Source of the DNA: a phage
Sequence record: PZ445517.1
Length of the DNA: 64,000 bases
Direction: 5' to 3' (one strand)
Notes under the pieces: model-generated
Database searches by the model: none
Told to the model about the DNA's origin: nothing
Seen by the model: the letters and a program-made list of their open reading frames with translations, nothing else
Shown here: piece after piece, positions 23,769-33,248 of the stretch
Layout: each line of letters starts with the position of its first letter
Position numbering within the stretch: position 1 is the first letter of the stretch
Made by a program: the position numbers and the translations under genes

Positions 23769-24733
23769 TGTATTCTTTAGAGGAATTTAATAATCAAGCA
23801 ATAAACGCAGATTTCCAACGTAATAATATGTTTAGCTGCGTTTTTGCAACAACTCCATCAACTAAAAGCTCTTCGTTGATAAGTTCAATTAGCAACTTTT
23901 CTTATAATAACTTGGGCCTAAATTCAGATTGGCTAGGATTAACTCAAGGTGATATTAATCAGGGAATTACCACGCTAATTACAGCTGGCACACAAAAACT
24001 GATAAGAAAATCAGGGGTTAGTAAATATCTTATTGGTGCCATGAGTCAACGTACAGTTCAAAGTTTATTAGGCTCATTTACAGTTGGTACATATTTAATT
24101 GACTTCTTTAACATGGCATATAACTCATCTGGATTGATGATATATTCTGTAAAAATGCCAGAGAATAGATTATCCTATGAAACTGACTGGAACTATAATT
24201 CTCCTAATATTCGTATAACTGGAAGAGAATTAGACCCTTTGGTTATTTCATTTAGAATGGATTCAGAAGCTTGTAACTATCGTGCATTGCAAGACTGGGT
24301 TAACTCCGTTCAAGACCCAGTAACTGGACTGCGTGCTTTGCCACAAGATGTCGAGGCAGATATTCAGGTTAATCTTCATTCTCGTAATGGATTGCCTCAT
24401 ACTGCGGTGATGTTCACCGGATGCATTCCAGTGTCAGTGAGCGCTCCTGAGCTATCATATGATGGAGATAACCAAATAACTACATTTGATGTTACTTTTG
24501 CGTACAGAGTGATGCAGGCTGGAGCAGTTGATAGGCAAGCTGCACTTGAATGGCTTGAATCTGCTGCTATAAATGGTATTCAAAGCGTTCTCGGAAATAG
24601 TGGAGGTGTTACTGGACTATCTAATTCGCTTTCACGACTCAGTAGATTAGGGGGAACTGCAGGAAGCATTTCAAACATTAATACTATGACAGGAATTGTC
24701 AATTCGCAAAGTAAAATATTAGGAGCAATATAA
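23768..24733 (+). CDS. 54: baseplate-tail tube initiator gp54
   Basis: 321-aa ORF; start coupled to gene 48 stop; terminator hairpin downstream. Confidence 0.9.
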   Translation: MYSLEEFNNQAINADFQRNNMFSCVFATTPSTKSSSLISSISNFSYNNLGLNSDWLGLTQGDINQGITTLITAGTQKLIRKSGVSKYLIGAMSQRTVQSLLGSFTVGTYLIDFFNMAYNSSGLMIYSVKMPENRLSYETDWNYNSPNIRITGRELDPLVISFRMDSEACNYRALQDWVNSVQDPVTGLRALPQDVEADIQVNLHSRNGLPHTAVMFTGCIPVSVSAPELSYDGDNQITTFDVTFAYRVMQAGAVDRQAALEWLESAAINGIQSVLGNSGGVTGLSNSLSRLSRLGGTAGSISNINTMTGIVNSQSKILGAI

Positions 24734-24737
24734 CAAC

Positions 24738-24755
24738 GGGGACCGAAAGGTCCCC
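24738..24755. terminator. bidirectional terminator between gene 54 and the alt-side operon
   Basis: GGGGACC-gaaa-GGTCCCC followed by ATATTTTTATTT; between convergent genes; same core as 11219..11234. Confidence 0.65.
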
Positions 24756-24761
24756 ATATTT

Positions 24762-25052
24762 TTATTTGCGGAATGAAATGAAAGCAGCAACTGAAGCAAC
24801 TAAACTGTCTTCAATATAAACTTCAATTTTTACCGGAGCTTCTGACTCAAATTTACCTGTTACTACACCCTGAAAAATACTTTCAGTCTGTTCTGGCTTT
24901 GAAAAATTTTCAGAAGGAAAAATTCCGAACTTTTTATCTGTTCCAAAAATTTTGATAAATTCATCATAAACTGCTTCATTAAAAGCATTATCAGCAGGAA
25001 TAACGCCTTCAACTACAAGTTCTTGACCCAAAAAGCGCAAAGAAGATTTCAT
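24762..25052 (-). CDS. hypothetical protein downstream of the alt genes
   Basis: 96-aa ORF with GAGG ribosome-binding site and an early-promoter-like element upstream. Confidence 0.7.
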   Translation of the reverse strand: MKSSLRFLGQELVVEGVIPADNAFNEAVYDEFIKIFGTDKKFGIFPSENFSKPEQTESIFQGVVTGKFESEAPVKIEVYIEDSLVASVAAFISFRK

Positions 25053-25057
25053 TTTGT

Positions 25058-25105
25058 GTTCCTCATGTTATGTCAGTAAGACTACTATAACACAACATGA
25101 GGAAC
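25058..25105. repeat. 48-nt unit with 12-bp inverted repeat arms (GTTCCTCATGTT ... AACATGAGGAAC), copy 1
   Basis: Near-identical unit recurs at 40930..40976; arms flank the -10 region of the early-promoter-like element. Confidence 0.7.
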
Positions 25106-25113
25106 TTGTAAAC
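25084..25113 (-). promoter_or_regulatory. early-promoter-like element (GTTTAC, ~18-nt spacer, TATAGT) upstream of the 96-aa ORF
   Basis: Minus strand reads GTTTAC aagttcctcatgttgtg TTATAGT, then leader with GAGG and ATG; nearly identical copy at 40955..40984. Confidence 0.5.
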
Positions 25114-27170
25114 TACATTTTGAACTTTTTAGACATTCCGTTAATGTTAACCAAAGAAGCTAAGATTTGAGAAACTTCGTTTTCCTCTTCTTTTGATTCT
25201 TCTACAAGGAATTGATTAAATCCAGCCATTGGACGAACTTCACCAGTTTCCATTAAATGGTCGCCATCATATACTGATTCTTCTAATTGTTCAGAAGGAG
25301 GAACGATTGTACCTTCGATTAGATACTTGTTATAAGCAGTTTCTTTCATAAAGTACGTACTTACTTTATTAATCTTCAGTAAAATTCCACGCGGTAGAAT
25401 AACTTCAGCTTCTGATGGAAATCCTGTTAAATGACCTGGAACGATAACTTTGATTCGCTCAGCTCCTTTAATTACCATACCCACGCTAGTTTCAGCATTT
25501 TCATTAGCGTATGTAGAATGACTACCCATATGCATCAAATCTTCTGCATCAACAGAACCTTCTCCTTCGCCAGAAAATACTGCGCCGGAATCATCTAGAG
25601 CCATATAGTTTTTACCATGCTCACCGAAGATATTTGGTTTAAGCGATGTGGATACGAAGTTCTTGAAATAAAACATTTTATTTTCAATGTTATGACGCAA
25701 AGTTTTAAAGGTAACTTCTTGTCCACGGTAAAGCGTAGTTCCTGGAGGAAGAACTGAACCTTTAGCGAATGCAGAATCCAACGTCTCGATGTGCTTAATA
25801 GCACGTTCCATATATTCTTCACGGGTAGAATCTGGTTTACCCAAAAGGAACGAGTTCATTTCAACATATGAATCTGCACAATAATCTTCAATTACATCAG
25901 ATTCAGCTTGAGTTAATCCTTTTGGAGTTACTTCAGTACTTGCATATTCATATGCCTGGGCAGCAGATTCATTAATCAATTTATAAATGCCATTCATGAC
26001 AAATTGAATAATAGCTGTCTTTTCATCTGGCGTGGCTTTAGAACCTTTAACCAAATCATTGATAATTTTCTTAATAACATCAAAGCTATTAGAAATATTA
26101 ATATCAGCAAGATCACTTAAAATTTTATCAGTTTTATAATCAAAGAATTCTTTATTCTTTAAATATTCTTGAGAACCTTGATATGTTATATCGCTCTGCA
26201 ACTTGATGGATGGATCACGTAAACGTGCATGGGCTAATGCAATATGATTTCGGAAGTTTTCTAGTTCATAATCGCTAGATTTAAAACGAGAAGCACTCCT
26301 CATACCACCGATAGCTCCTTTGCTGAAGTTTGAACCAATCTGAATAACGCCAGAGTTCATTGGTCCTTCTGCTTTATATACCGGAACTTTAGATTCAAAC
26401 TCTTGATATTTCTTGGCAGCGAAGCTATCACCCTGAAGTGAAGCATCAACAGTAGAATATTGAGCTTGTGCTGCTAATCGACGACTAATTTTAGTTTTCT
26501 GAATAACAGCTTGGTCAGTACGTTTATCATTTTCTAAAGCAATAGAAGCAGCAACAGCGACAGCTTTAGGAACAGCATTACCTGTTTTAACGTCTACATA
26601 AACATCACCAACCTTTGATTCAACTTTTGTGAATAACTCAGTTGAAATAGGAGGTACGCCTGGAATGTCTTCTAAATTGGCATTTTTACGGTAAACCATA
26701 ATATATGCATACTTTTTATCATAGTCCCAGATTTCCTTTAAAAGAACATATCGACCTGCTCCTTTAGTACGTACTAAACGGTCAGCAATAACTTGCATTT
26801 GACGAGCAGCGCCATTTGTTTTACTTTTTAGTACGCGGAATAGGCATGCATCAATTTTATACTGTTTCATTGTTTGAAGAGCAGTATCAAAAACAGCATT
26901 AATGACGCCAATTGGATTTCCACCCAAGTTTCTAAGCTTAACCAGCGATAATTTCTCGTTGACACCTATCATTACGATATGCATCATTTTATCGCCTAGT
27001 TTAACGTTTTTATTTGTATCACCACCAGAGGTGTATGTACAAAATCTAAATCCAGGAAGCACGCTTTCTTCGCCGGCTTGGATAGCAAAAATTTGAGGTA
27101 TTTTATGCTTAGGATTTAAGTTAACAACCGGCGCCGAAGCGCCGTCAAATAATTCTGTAATAAGTTCCAT
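25113..27170 (-). CDS. Alt-like ADP-ribosyltransferase, second tandem paralogue
   Basis: 685-aa ORF; N-terminal ~250 aa closely parallel to the adjacent Alt ORF; C-terminal R-S-E ART signature (YRGQ ... FVSTSL ... EAEVILPRG). Confidence 0.85.
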   Translation of the reverse strand: MELITELFDGASAPVVNLNPKHKIPQIFAIQAGEESVLPGFRFCTYTSGGDTNKNVKLGDKMMHIVMIGVNEKLSLVKLRNLGGNPIGVINAVFDTALQTMKQYKIDACLFRVLKSKTNGAARQMQVIADRLVRTKGAGRYVLLKEIWDYDKKYAYIMVYRKNANLEDIPGVPPISTELFTKVESKVGDVYVDVKTGNAVPKAVAVAASIALENDKRTDQAVIQKTKISRRLAAQAQYSTVDASLQGDSFAAKKYQEFESKVPVYKAEGPMNSGVIQIGSNFSKGAIGGMRSASRFKSSDYELENFRNHIALAHARLRDPSIKLQSDITYQGSQEYLKNKEFFDYKTDKILSDLADINISNSFDVIKKIINDLVKGSKATPDEKTAIIQFVMNGIYKLINESAAQAYEYASTEVTPKGLTQAESDVIEDYCADSYVEMNSFLLGKPDSTREEYMERAIKHIETLDSAFAKGSVLPPGTTLYRGQEVTFKTLRHNIENKMFYFKNFVSTSLKPNIFGEHGKNYMALDDSGAVFSGEGEGSVDAEDLMHMGSHSTYANENAETSVGMVIKGAERIKVIVPGHLTGFPSEAEVILPRGILLKINKVSTYFMKETAYNKYLIEGTIVPPSEQLEESVYDGDHLMETGEVRPMAGFNQFLVEESKEEENEVSQILASLVNINGMSKKFKM

Positions 27171-27173
27171 GAT

Positions 27174-29270
27174 TTATCCTTGAACGAACTTGTAAGGCAT
27201 GTTTGTAATATCTATGCAAGACGCAATAATTCCAAGAGATGATTCTACTTTCTGTTTAACATTTGATGAAACAAATGATGCAAAGTCAACTTTGTCTTCT
27301 ATTTCAATATCACCTGTCATTGCAACTACTTCGCCGGTTTCCATTAAACGGTCACCGTCATAAATTACCGATTCGGTGAGTTCTTCTGTGGTCATAACTT
27401 CAGCTTGAATGAGTTTTGTATTATTAGACGTGATTCCGTCATTATTAGAAGCATCAGTTATTTTATTAACTTTGACCATCAATCCACGCGGTAGAATAAC
27501 TTCAGCTTCTGTTGCTATTCCGAGACTTCCTGGATATACAACATTGACTTTATGAGCTCCATCAATTGCCCATCCTATTTGAACTTTAACGTATTCAGGA
27601 TTTTCTTTATACGCTCTTATTTCGTTTGGATTAATAGTTATTCCTTCTTCATTTTTATCAACTGTTAATTCATTGCGAGCTTCTGGTTCTAAAAGACCAA
27701 TACCAGCATGTGTAATTCCAAAACGTCCAAAAATGATAGGAGTTAAAGAAGTAGATACAAAATTTCTGAAATAGAACACTTTATTTTTAACTAGTGCTTC
27801 GTATATAGGAGCAGTCATACTTTGAGCACGATAAACTGTAATGCCTTCTGGTATACGGTCACCATTTTCAAAAGCTGAATCTAAATTATTTATAGCAGAT
27901 TCAATTTCTTTTTCACTCATTATATCATATCGTTCTGGATTGTAACGACCTAAAAGAAGATTATTGATGTCTGTATATCCTGAACCACAATACTCTCTAA
28001 TGCCGCGCTTTTGTGATGGAGTATATTTAGAACTATCACGGGCAATAGTAATATCAATCATTGGACCTGCACCAATTCCGGAAAAGCTATAAATCATTCG
28101 TTTGAGGAATTTAGTTTTTGCTGCATTCCAGGCATTTTTAGTTATTTCTCCCCAGACTTCATCTGGCTGCCCTTTACGAGTTTTATTATGTTTATCAAGC
28201 CAATTATCTTTATATTCTTCAAATAATTGATTAACAGCTGCTGCGTATTTCTCTAAACATTTTATTGAAGTAGTTGGTTCATTTTTAATCGCATTAAGAA
28301 TTACATCTTTAATTTTTTCTGAAACTTCACCGACTTGACTCATTGGAAAGAATTTATAATCATAGTGAAGTTCATCTGCCGTTCCTTCAGCAATAATTTT
28401 TGCTGCCTTAGTTTTAGAAGCTAATGAATTAATTCCAAGCTTCATTTCTTCTGCTTCGGGAATTAAAGGTGCAGTAGCAGGTTTATTGAAATTAGCTGCG
28501 GTAGATTCATACTTCTGGAATAATTCACTTTCAAATCTAGAAGATTCCAATGACTGACTTTGTGCAATTGCTCTACGGGAAATTTTAACTTTAACGATTA
28601 CGGCTTGGTCAGAACGTTTATCGTTTTCTTGTGCAATAGATGCAGCAATTGCCTCATTTTTGGTTACTTGAGCTCCAGTATCTTTATTAATATAAACATC
28701 ACCGACCTTCGATTCAACTTTAGTAAAGAGCTCGGTACTAATTTCCGGAACTCCTGGAATGTCTTCTAGTGATACATTTTTGCGATGTATAAGAATATAT
28801 GCATACTTTTTATCATAATCCCAGAGTTCCTTAAGAAGGACGTATCTGCCACCTGAACGACTACGGATAAGTCTATCAGCAATAACTTGAATTTGTCGAG
28901 CTTGGCCAGCAGTTTTAGACTTAAGAATACGAAGCATACAAGCATCAATTTTATACTGACGCATTGTTTGCATTGCAACAGTAAAAACTGAATTGATATA
29001 ATTAATTGGGCTTGGACCAAGACCTTTTAATTTAGCAATTGAACCTTTAGCAGTTAATGTAAAAGGAACAATATGCATCATTTTGTCGCCCATTTTTAAA
29101 TCGCGATTAGTATCACCTCCAGATGTATAGGTACATAAACGAAAGCCTGGTTGTTCAATTGCATCATCAACATGAACTGAAAAAATTTGTGGTATTTTCT
29201 TCTTTGGATTTAAGTTTGTAATCGGAAGAGTAGTATCTTCGTCAAATAATTCTGTAATGAGTTCCATCAT
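27174..29270 (-). CDS. alt: Alt ADP-ribosyltransferase (virion-packaged RNA polymerase modifier)
   Basis: 698-aa ORF; R-S-E ART signature (YRAQ ... FVSTSL ... EAEVILPRG); minus-strand TATAAATA late promoter just upstream. Confidence 0.85.
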   Translation of the reverse strand: MMELITELFDEDTTLPITNLNPKKKIPQIFSVHVDDAIEQPGFRLCTYTSGGDTNRDLKMGDKMMHIVPFTLTAKGSIAKLKGLGPSPINYINSVFTVAMQTMRQYKIDACMLRILKSKTAGQARQIQVIADRLIRSRSGGRYVLLKELWDYDKKYAYILIHRKNVSLEDIPGVPEISTELFTKVESKVGDVYINKDTGAQVTKNEAIAASIAQENDKRSDQAVIVKVKISRRAIAQSQSLESSRFESELFQKYESTAANFNKPATAPLIPEAEEMKLGINSLASKTKAAKIIAEGTADELHYDYKFFPMSQVGEVSEKIKDVILNAIKNEPTTSIKCLEKYAAAVNQLFEEYKDNWLDKHNKTRKGQPDEVWGEITKNAWNAAKTKFLKRMIYSFSGIGAGPMIDITIARDSSKYTPSQKRGIREYCGSGYTDINNLLLGRYNPERYDIMSEKEIESAINNLDSAFENGDRIPEGITVYRAQSMTAPIYEALVKNKVFYFRNFVSTSLTPIIFGRFGITHAGIGLLEPEARNELTVDKNEEGITINPNEIRAYKENPEYVKVQIGWAIDGAHKVNVVYPGSLGIATEAEVILPRGLMVKVNKITDASNNDGITSNNTKLIQAEVMTTEELTESVIYDGDRLMETGEVVAMTGDIEIEDKVDFASFVSSNVKQKVESSLGIIASCIDITNMPYKFVQG

Positions 29271-29290
29271 ATCCTCTCTAGTGTTTATTC

Positions 29291-29298
29291 TATTTATA
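29291..29298 (-). promoter_or_regulatory. late promoter (TATAAATA on minus strand) for alt
   Basis: Exact match about 20 nt upstream of the alt start; Alt is a virion-packaged late protein. Confidence 0.55.
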
Positions 29299-29303
29299 AA
29301 ATT

Positions 29304-29321
29304 AAAGGCCCGAAGGCCTTT
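29304..29321 (-). terminator. hairpin between ligase-side ORF and alt (AAAGGCC-cgaa-GGCCTTT)
   Basis: Stem-loop overlapping the stop of the 62-aa ORF, immediately upstream of the alt late promoter. Confidence 0.45.
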
Positions 29322-29508
29322 AATAATCTATTGGTAAGAGAGTACGATATATTTCAAACTTTGGACCTTTTTCATAGGCATCAAAAGTTTCTGTGAATTT
29401 ATTATAAGCATATGCATCTATAAATTCAATCATGATTTGTGATACAGAAGTAGAAACATCTCCACCTTCTTTTTGAGCCACGACAATTGTTTCTAAGTAA
29501 GCTTTCAT
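29320..29508 (-). CDS. hypothetical small protein
   Basis: 62-aa ORF between ligase and alt; stop overlaps a hairpin. Confidence 0.55.
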   Translation of the reverse strand: MKAYLETIVVAQKEGGDVSTSVSQIMIEFIDAYAYNKFTETFDAYEKGPKFEIYRTLLPIDY

Positions 29509-30968
29509 AAACCAGTTACCTCATGAAAATCACCAAATACATCTTCGAATGTATTAGCTTTAGTTTTATCTTCACGTAAACGAATCGCAATCGGAAGAAA
29601 TAATTTAACGTAATCAGTGCGGCCATCAGATTTTAACCAACCGTTGCATTCGCACTCTAGAATTTTTCCAATATAATAATTTTGGTTTTCCATAATGCGA
29701 GTACGGTCAAGTTCATGCGATTTTACACCGGCTTTATCTTTTAAGCCTGAACCAGCATTTACTTTAATTTTTCCACACTCTGATTCAAGAATAAATCCAC
29801 CCGCTTTAGTAGGGTCTTTACGGTGAGGATAAATTCCTACAATTTTTAAATCAACATCAATTACTTCTTTAAATTTATAGAGATTTTTTGAACGAGCATT
29901 TTCCCATAATCCATCGATATTTTTGAGAATAATACCTTCAAGACCTTGGTCAATATATTTTTTATAAATTACCTTAGCTTCATTTAGGTTATTTACTACC
30001 TGGTTTTCAATTAAAATTACTTTATCATAGCCTGATGTCATTTGTTCTAGTTTAGAAAAACGTACATCATACTTTAAACGAAATGCAGGAAGACCATATA
30101 TTTCTACTAATGGAACATAGTCCCAGACCTGAAACTTCATGCATTGAGCTTCTTTTTCGGAAATGGTTCCCTTTAAAGATTTATTAGCGATTCCATTAGA
30201 AGCAGTACGTGATTCAGCTACTTCGGCGAATTCTTTAGCTTTACTAATTTCAGGATAAGCATCAAAAAGAAAATCTAGGCCTTCTGGTTCCTTTTCAACT
30301 TGCTCATGGTATACCAATTCGCCATCAATTAACACACCTTCTGGATGAATCTGGCGGGCTTCAGCGGTCATTTTGATTAACTCTTCCTTAAGAAGGTCTA
30401 ATCCTAGATATTCATTACCAGCTCGTGATAAAAGACGAACATCATCTAATTCATCACCTCTAACTTCAGCAAAACACCGAGCTCCATCAGCTTTTAACTG
30501 GGCAAAGGCTGGAAATTTAATATTCTTATTAATGCCTTTTTCATCATAAGAACTTGCCAGCATTTGAGGTTGTTCAGGAATTAAACCTGGCCAAACTTTG
30601 TTTGCAATAGATACTGAAGCACCACATTCAAGGTCTCGCATCATCACTCGACGCAAAACTTCAACATCATCTTTTTTACCATCGGTGATGTATCCAGTTA
30701 ATTCCTCAATTGCCGCATTTCCAGTCAATTTCCGAGTAGCTAACGTGAATTCAATGAAGTCAAGCATATCGGTAAGAGTCAACATTCCAAAACTCTGGGT
30801 AGCAATACCAGGTTTAGGCCATTTCTTGATATAATACTGTAACCCACGAGAATAAGTCAGACGATATACTCGTTTAAGCAATTCATTATCTTTATTCTTT
30901 TCAAGAATTGCTTGCTTCTGTTTAGTTGAACCAATAGATGCTATTTCGTTCAGAATTTTAAGAATCAT
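29505..30968 (-). CDS. 30: ATP-dependent DNA ligase
   Basis: 487-aa ORF, N-terminus MILKILNEIASIGSTKQKQAILEKNKDNELLKRVYRLTYSRGLQYYI and KxDG adenylation motif (AQLKADGARCF); matches T4 DNA ligase. Confidence 0.95.
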   Translation of the reverse strand: MILKILNEIASIGSTKQKQAILEKNKDNELLKRVYRLTYSRGLQYYIKKWPKPGIATQSFGMLTLTDMLDFIEFTLATRKLTGNAAIEELTGYITDGKKDDVEVLRRVMMRDLECGASVSIANKVWPGLIPEQPQMLASSYDEKGINKNIKFPAFAQLKADGARCFAEVRGDELDDVRLLSRAGNEYLGLDLLKEELIKMTAEARQIHPEGVLIDGELVYHEQVEKEPEGLDFLFDAYPEISKAKEFAEVAESRTASNGIANKSLKGTISEKEAQCMKFQVWDYVPLVEIYGLPAFRLKYDVRFSKLEQMTSGYDKVILIENQVVNNLNEAKVIYKKYIDQGLEGIILKNIDGLWENARSKNLYKFKEVIDVDLKIVGIYPHRKDPTKAGGFILESECGKIKVNAGSGLKDKAGVKSHELDRTRIMENQNYYIGKILECECNGWLKSDGRTDYVKLFLPIAIRLREDKTKANTFEDVFGDFHEVTGL

Positions 30969-31234
30969 TGTTCATCCTTTAGAGTTTGGTTTACAGCTCT
31001 ATTATAAATCAATTCATCATTAAGCTCAGTCAAAGACCTGTGGTACGTGGTTCTAACTTTATTTCCTTGCATCCAGTGCTTGACGTAAATGAAACCTTGC
31101 TCTACACATTTTTTAAAAATTCGTTCGTCTTTTTGAGCTCGGAATTCTGGATTGCATCTAAAAAATTGATTTACGTGACCGTAATCACGTGTAGTATTAC
31201 CTTCATTTTCATAAATAGTGTGAACAACAAACAT
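30965..31234 (-). CDS. hypothetical protein (position of T4 30.1)
   Basis: 89-aa ORF translationally coupled to ligase. Confidence 0.65.
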   Translation of the reverse strand: MFVVHTIYENEGNTTRDYGHVNQFFRCNPEFRAQKDERIFKKCVEQGFIYVKHWMQGNKVRTTYHRSLTELNDELIYNRAVNQTLKDEQ

Positions 31235-32073
31235 TAGAATGCTCCTTGGAAAATATTATCACCACTAGTAGGTCTATTATACAAATACTCTATGCCACCA
31301 GGTTTAATATAGTTCCATGTCTGAAACGGATGTGTCTGATATGGATGATATAGATGATTATAAGGATTAAATCCAGGAGTTCTCCAGGTAGTGTTCCAAG
31401 GAAAAGAATCGTTTTTGATCATCTTCTCGATTGCATCTTTTATAGCTTTTTCACTATCAAAGCTTTCTTTATTTTCCTTTGGTGAAAAAAGCTTATTCTC
31501 TACATCGTTCCATGTATAAACTCGCTGAGCAGTTTTTGGAATATTGTCACGCTCTCCTCGAGCCATCCAATAAACAGGAACATTTAATATTTCACTCGCG
31601 TGATCGCAGTGGTGAGCGAGATCGTCAATATAACAAATTACGTTATATTTCTCTTTTGCCTTTTTGAACAACTCTTCTTTTGAAGAATCATGACCACACA
31701 TCATTACTTCTGAGAAGGCACCAGGAAAAAGAGCATTCAAATTAAATTGACGATTCAGCAGAGCGTCAATAGAATCACCCAGTGCTGTAACAGCTACAAA
31801 ATTATAATCTTCTTTTAATTTGTTAATTACACACAGAGCATCTTTATATGGAGACAAGTAACGAATAAAATCCGAACGATTGTATTTTTCAATTAACTTG
31901 ACGCCAAGTTCTTCATCACAATTAAAAAGTTTACCTGGAGAAATAAATTTCTCATCTTGGATCATTTTTAAAATATGTTCCAACGGAAGGTTATATTTCT
32001 GGGCAAAATAAGGAAGGCCTGATTGCCAGCTTAAACATACTCCATCAATATCAGTTAAAATAGTAGGCTTCAT
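31234..32073 (-). CDS. HAD-superfamily hydrolase-like protein (position of T4 30.2)
   Basis: 279-aa ORF with N-terminal HAD motif I (TDIDGV) and later acidic motifs. Confidence 0.75.
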   Translation of the reverse strand: MKPTILTDIDGVCLSWQSGLPYFAQKYNLPLEHILKMIQDEKFISPGKLFNCDEELGVKLIEKYNRSDFIRYLSPYKDALCVINKLKEDYNFVAVTALGDSIDALLNRQFNLNALFPGAFSEVMMCGHDSSKEELFKKAKEKYNVICYIDDLAHHCDHASEILNVPVYWMARGERDNIPKTAQRVYTWNDVENKLFSPKENKESFDSEKAIKDAIEKMIKNDSFPWNTTWRTPGFNPYNHLYHPYQTHPFQTWNYIKPGGIEYLYNRPTSGDNIFQGAF

Positions 32074-32534
32074 AAAGAGTCTCTTAATAGGTTTAACACA
32101 TCAATAAATTCAGCTTCGGTTAGTATTGTATCATCTTTTGTTAGACCACTAGCCATGCTGTGCTTCAAAACTTTTCCTTTCGAGGCTTGTAATGCATCGC
32201 GAAAGCCCCTATTTTGGATCGCTGCTTCAAAATATGCATTTGTGTATAATTCTTTCCACGCTGGGGAGTATCTTGAAAATGGAACTCCAAGCCAGAAGAG
32301 GGTCCCACGGTCCTGAGCTCTAGCATAAGACCTTCCAGCTTGTTGGGCGGCAAGCCCAGATAACCCAAATATACGACGTTGTTGTTCAACGTTTTTCACC
32401 TTGCATCCTTGGAGGAATCCTTCAAGACCTCCAAATTGAATACCATCCATAACGAAAGGCCAATGGGCGAAATTACTTAATGCGCATGATGGCCACCTAA
32501 AATTGCTTCTAATCTCTAACTCAGACATTTTCAA
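32070..32534 (-). CDS. NADAR (YbiA-like) domain protein (position of T4 30.3)
   Basis: 154-aa ORF; LSNFAHWPF..DGIQF...EGFLQGCK resembles the NADAR/DUF1768 core (FSNF..WP...DG.....E..FQ..K). Confidence 0.7.
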   Translation of the reverse strand: MKMSELEIRSNFRWPSCALSNFAHWPFVMDGIQFGGLEGFLQGCKVKNVEQQRRIFGLSGLAAQQAGRSYARAQDRGTLFWLGVPFSRYSPAWKELYTNAYFEAAIQNRGFRDALQASKGKVLKHSMASGLTKDDTILTEAEFIDVLNLLRDSL

Positions 32535-32727
32535 TGCTTATAATTTCAACATCAGCCCAATGACCATAGCAAGGAAGACGAAATTCAACTGGCCAGTTAG
32601 GGTCCTTTTCTAATATAATAGACTCAACTTGTGGTTCTTCGTGTTCATCAGTATACGGATTTTTATCTGTTACTTTATATGTGACCTTAATGTACTGAAT
32701 TCCAAAAATCTTATTAATTATATTCAT
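32521..32727 (-). CDS. hypothetical small protein
   Basis: 68-aa ORF, overlapping start/stop with neighbours. Confidence 0.55.
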   Translation of the reverse strand: MNIINKIFGIQYIKVTYKVTDKNPYTDEHEEPQVESIILEKDPNWPVEFRLPCYGHWADVEIISIENV

Positions 32728-32921
32728 ACTAATTCCTTTAATCCGTAGATAGGAGATAATTCATCGCCCATATGAAGGTCTTCATTTCCATCTACCCAAG
32801 AAACAATATAAGCCTCTTTTATTTGAATACCACTCCATTTAAACGGAGGTAGAACCTTAGAAATTAATCCAGGTATACCAACTCCCTTTAATTCAACGGT
32901 TTGACCTAAAAAGAATTTCAT
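32724..32921 (-). CDS. hypothetical small protein
   Basis: 65-aa ORF, coupled to neighbours. Confidence 0.55.
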   Translation of the reverse strand: MKFFLGQTVELKGVGIPGLISKVLPPFKWSGIQIKEAYIVSWVDGNEDLHMGDELSPIYGLKELV

Positions 32922-33208
32922 TAGAACCTCATCTGAAAACCGTGCGATTTAACATTACCGCCATTAATATCAGAACTATTAATTTCGCGTGCAATTGAGG
33001 GATCAATGTCAATTTCACGATTGAGTTTAGCGATAGCTAGAGTATCACGCCCATTTACAGTACGAAACTCTAAAGGGCAGACTGCATTAACATAGTTTTT
33101 AATCGATTCACTGGTAGGTTGCAAATGAGCAGGAAGGTCTTTAGGCGCCTTAGAGAAAACCACTTCACAGAAATTTTTGCGGGTATCAAAATAAGTAGTC
33201 ATAAACAT
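32921..33208 (-). CDS. hypothetical protein
   Basis: ORF-track ORF 32921..33259 trimmed to the internal ATG (MFMTTYFDTR...) because the longer reading runs through an intergenic GC hairpin; GAGG ribosome-binding site upstream. Confidence 0.6.
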   Translation of the reverse strand: MFMTTYFDTRKNFCEVVFSKAPKDLPAHLQPTSESIKNYVNAVCPLEFRTVNGRDTLAIAKLNREIDIDPSIAREINSSDINGGNVKSHGFQMRF

Positions 33209-33225
33209 AGTATTTTCCTCAGTAA

Positions 33226-33239
33226 GGGGCCGAAGCCCC
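33226..33239 (-). terminator. intergenic hairpin GGGGC-cgaag-CCCC (same sequence as 12806..12819)
   Basis: Identical 14-nt hairpin between two minus-strand ORFs, followed on the minus strand by the next gene's ribosome-binding site. Confidence 0.4.
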
Positions 33240-33248
33240 TGTTTTATT

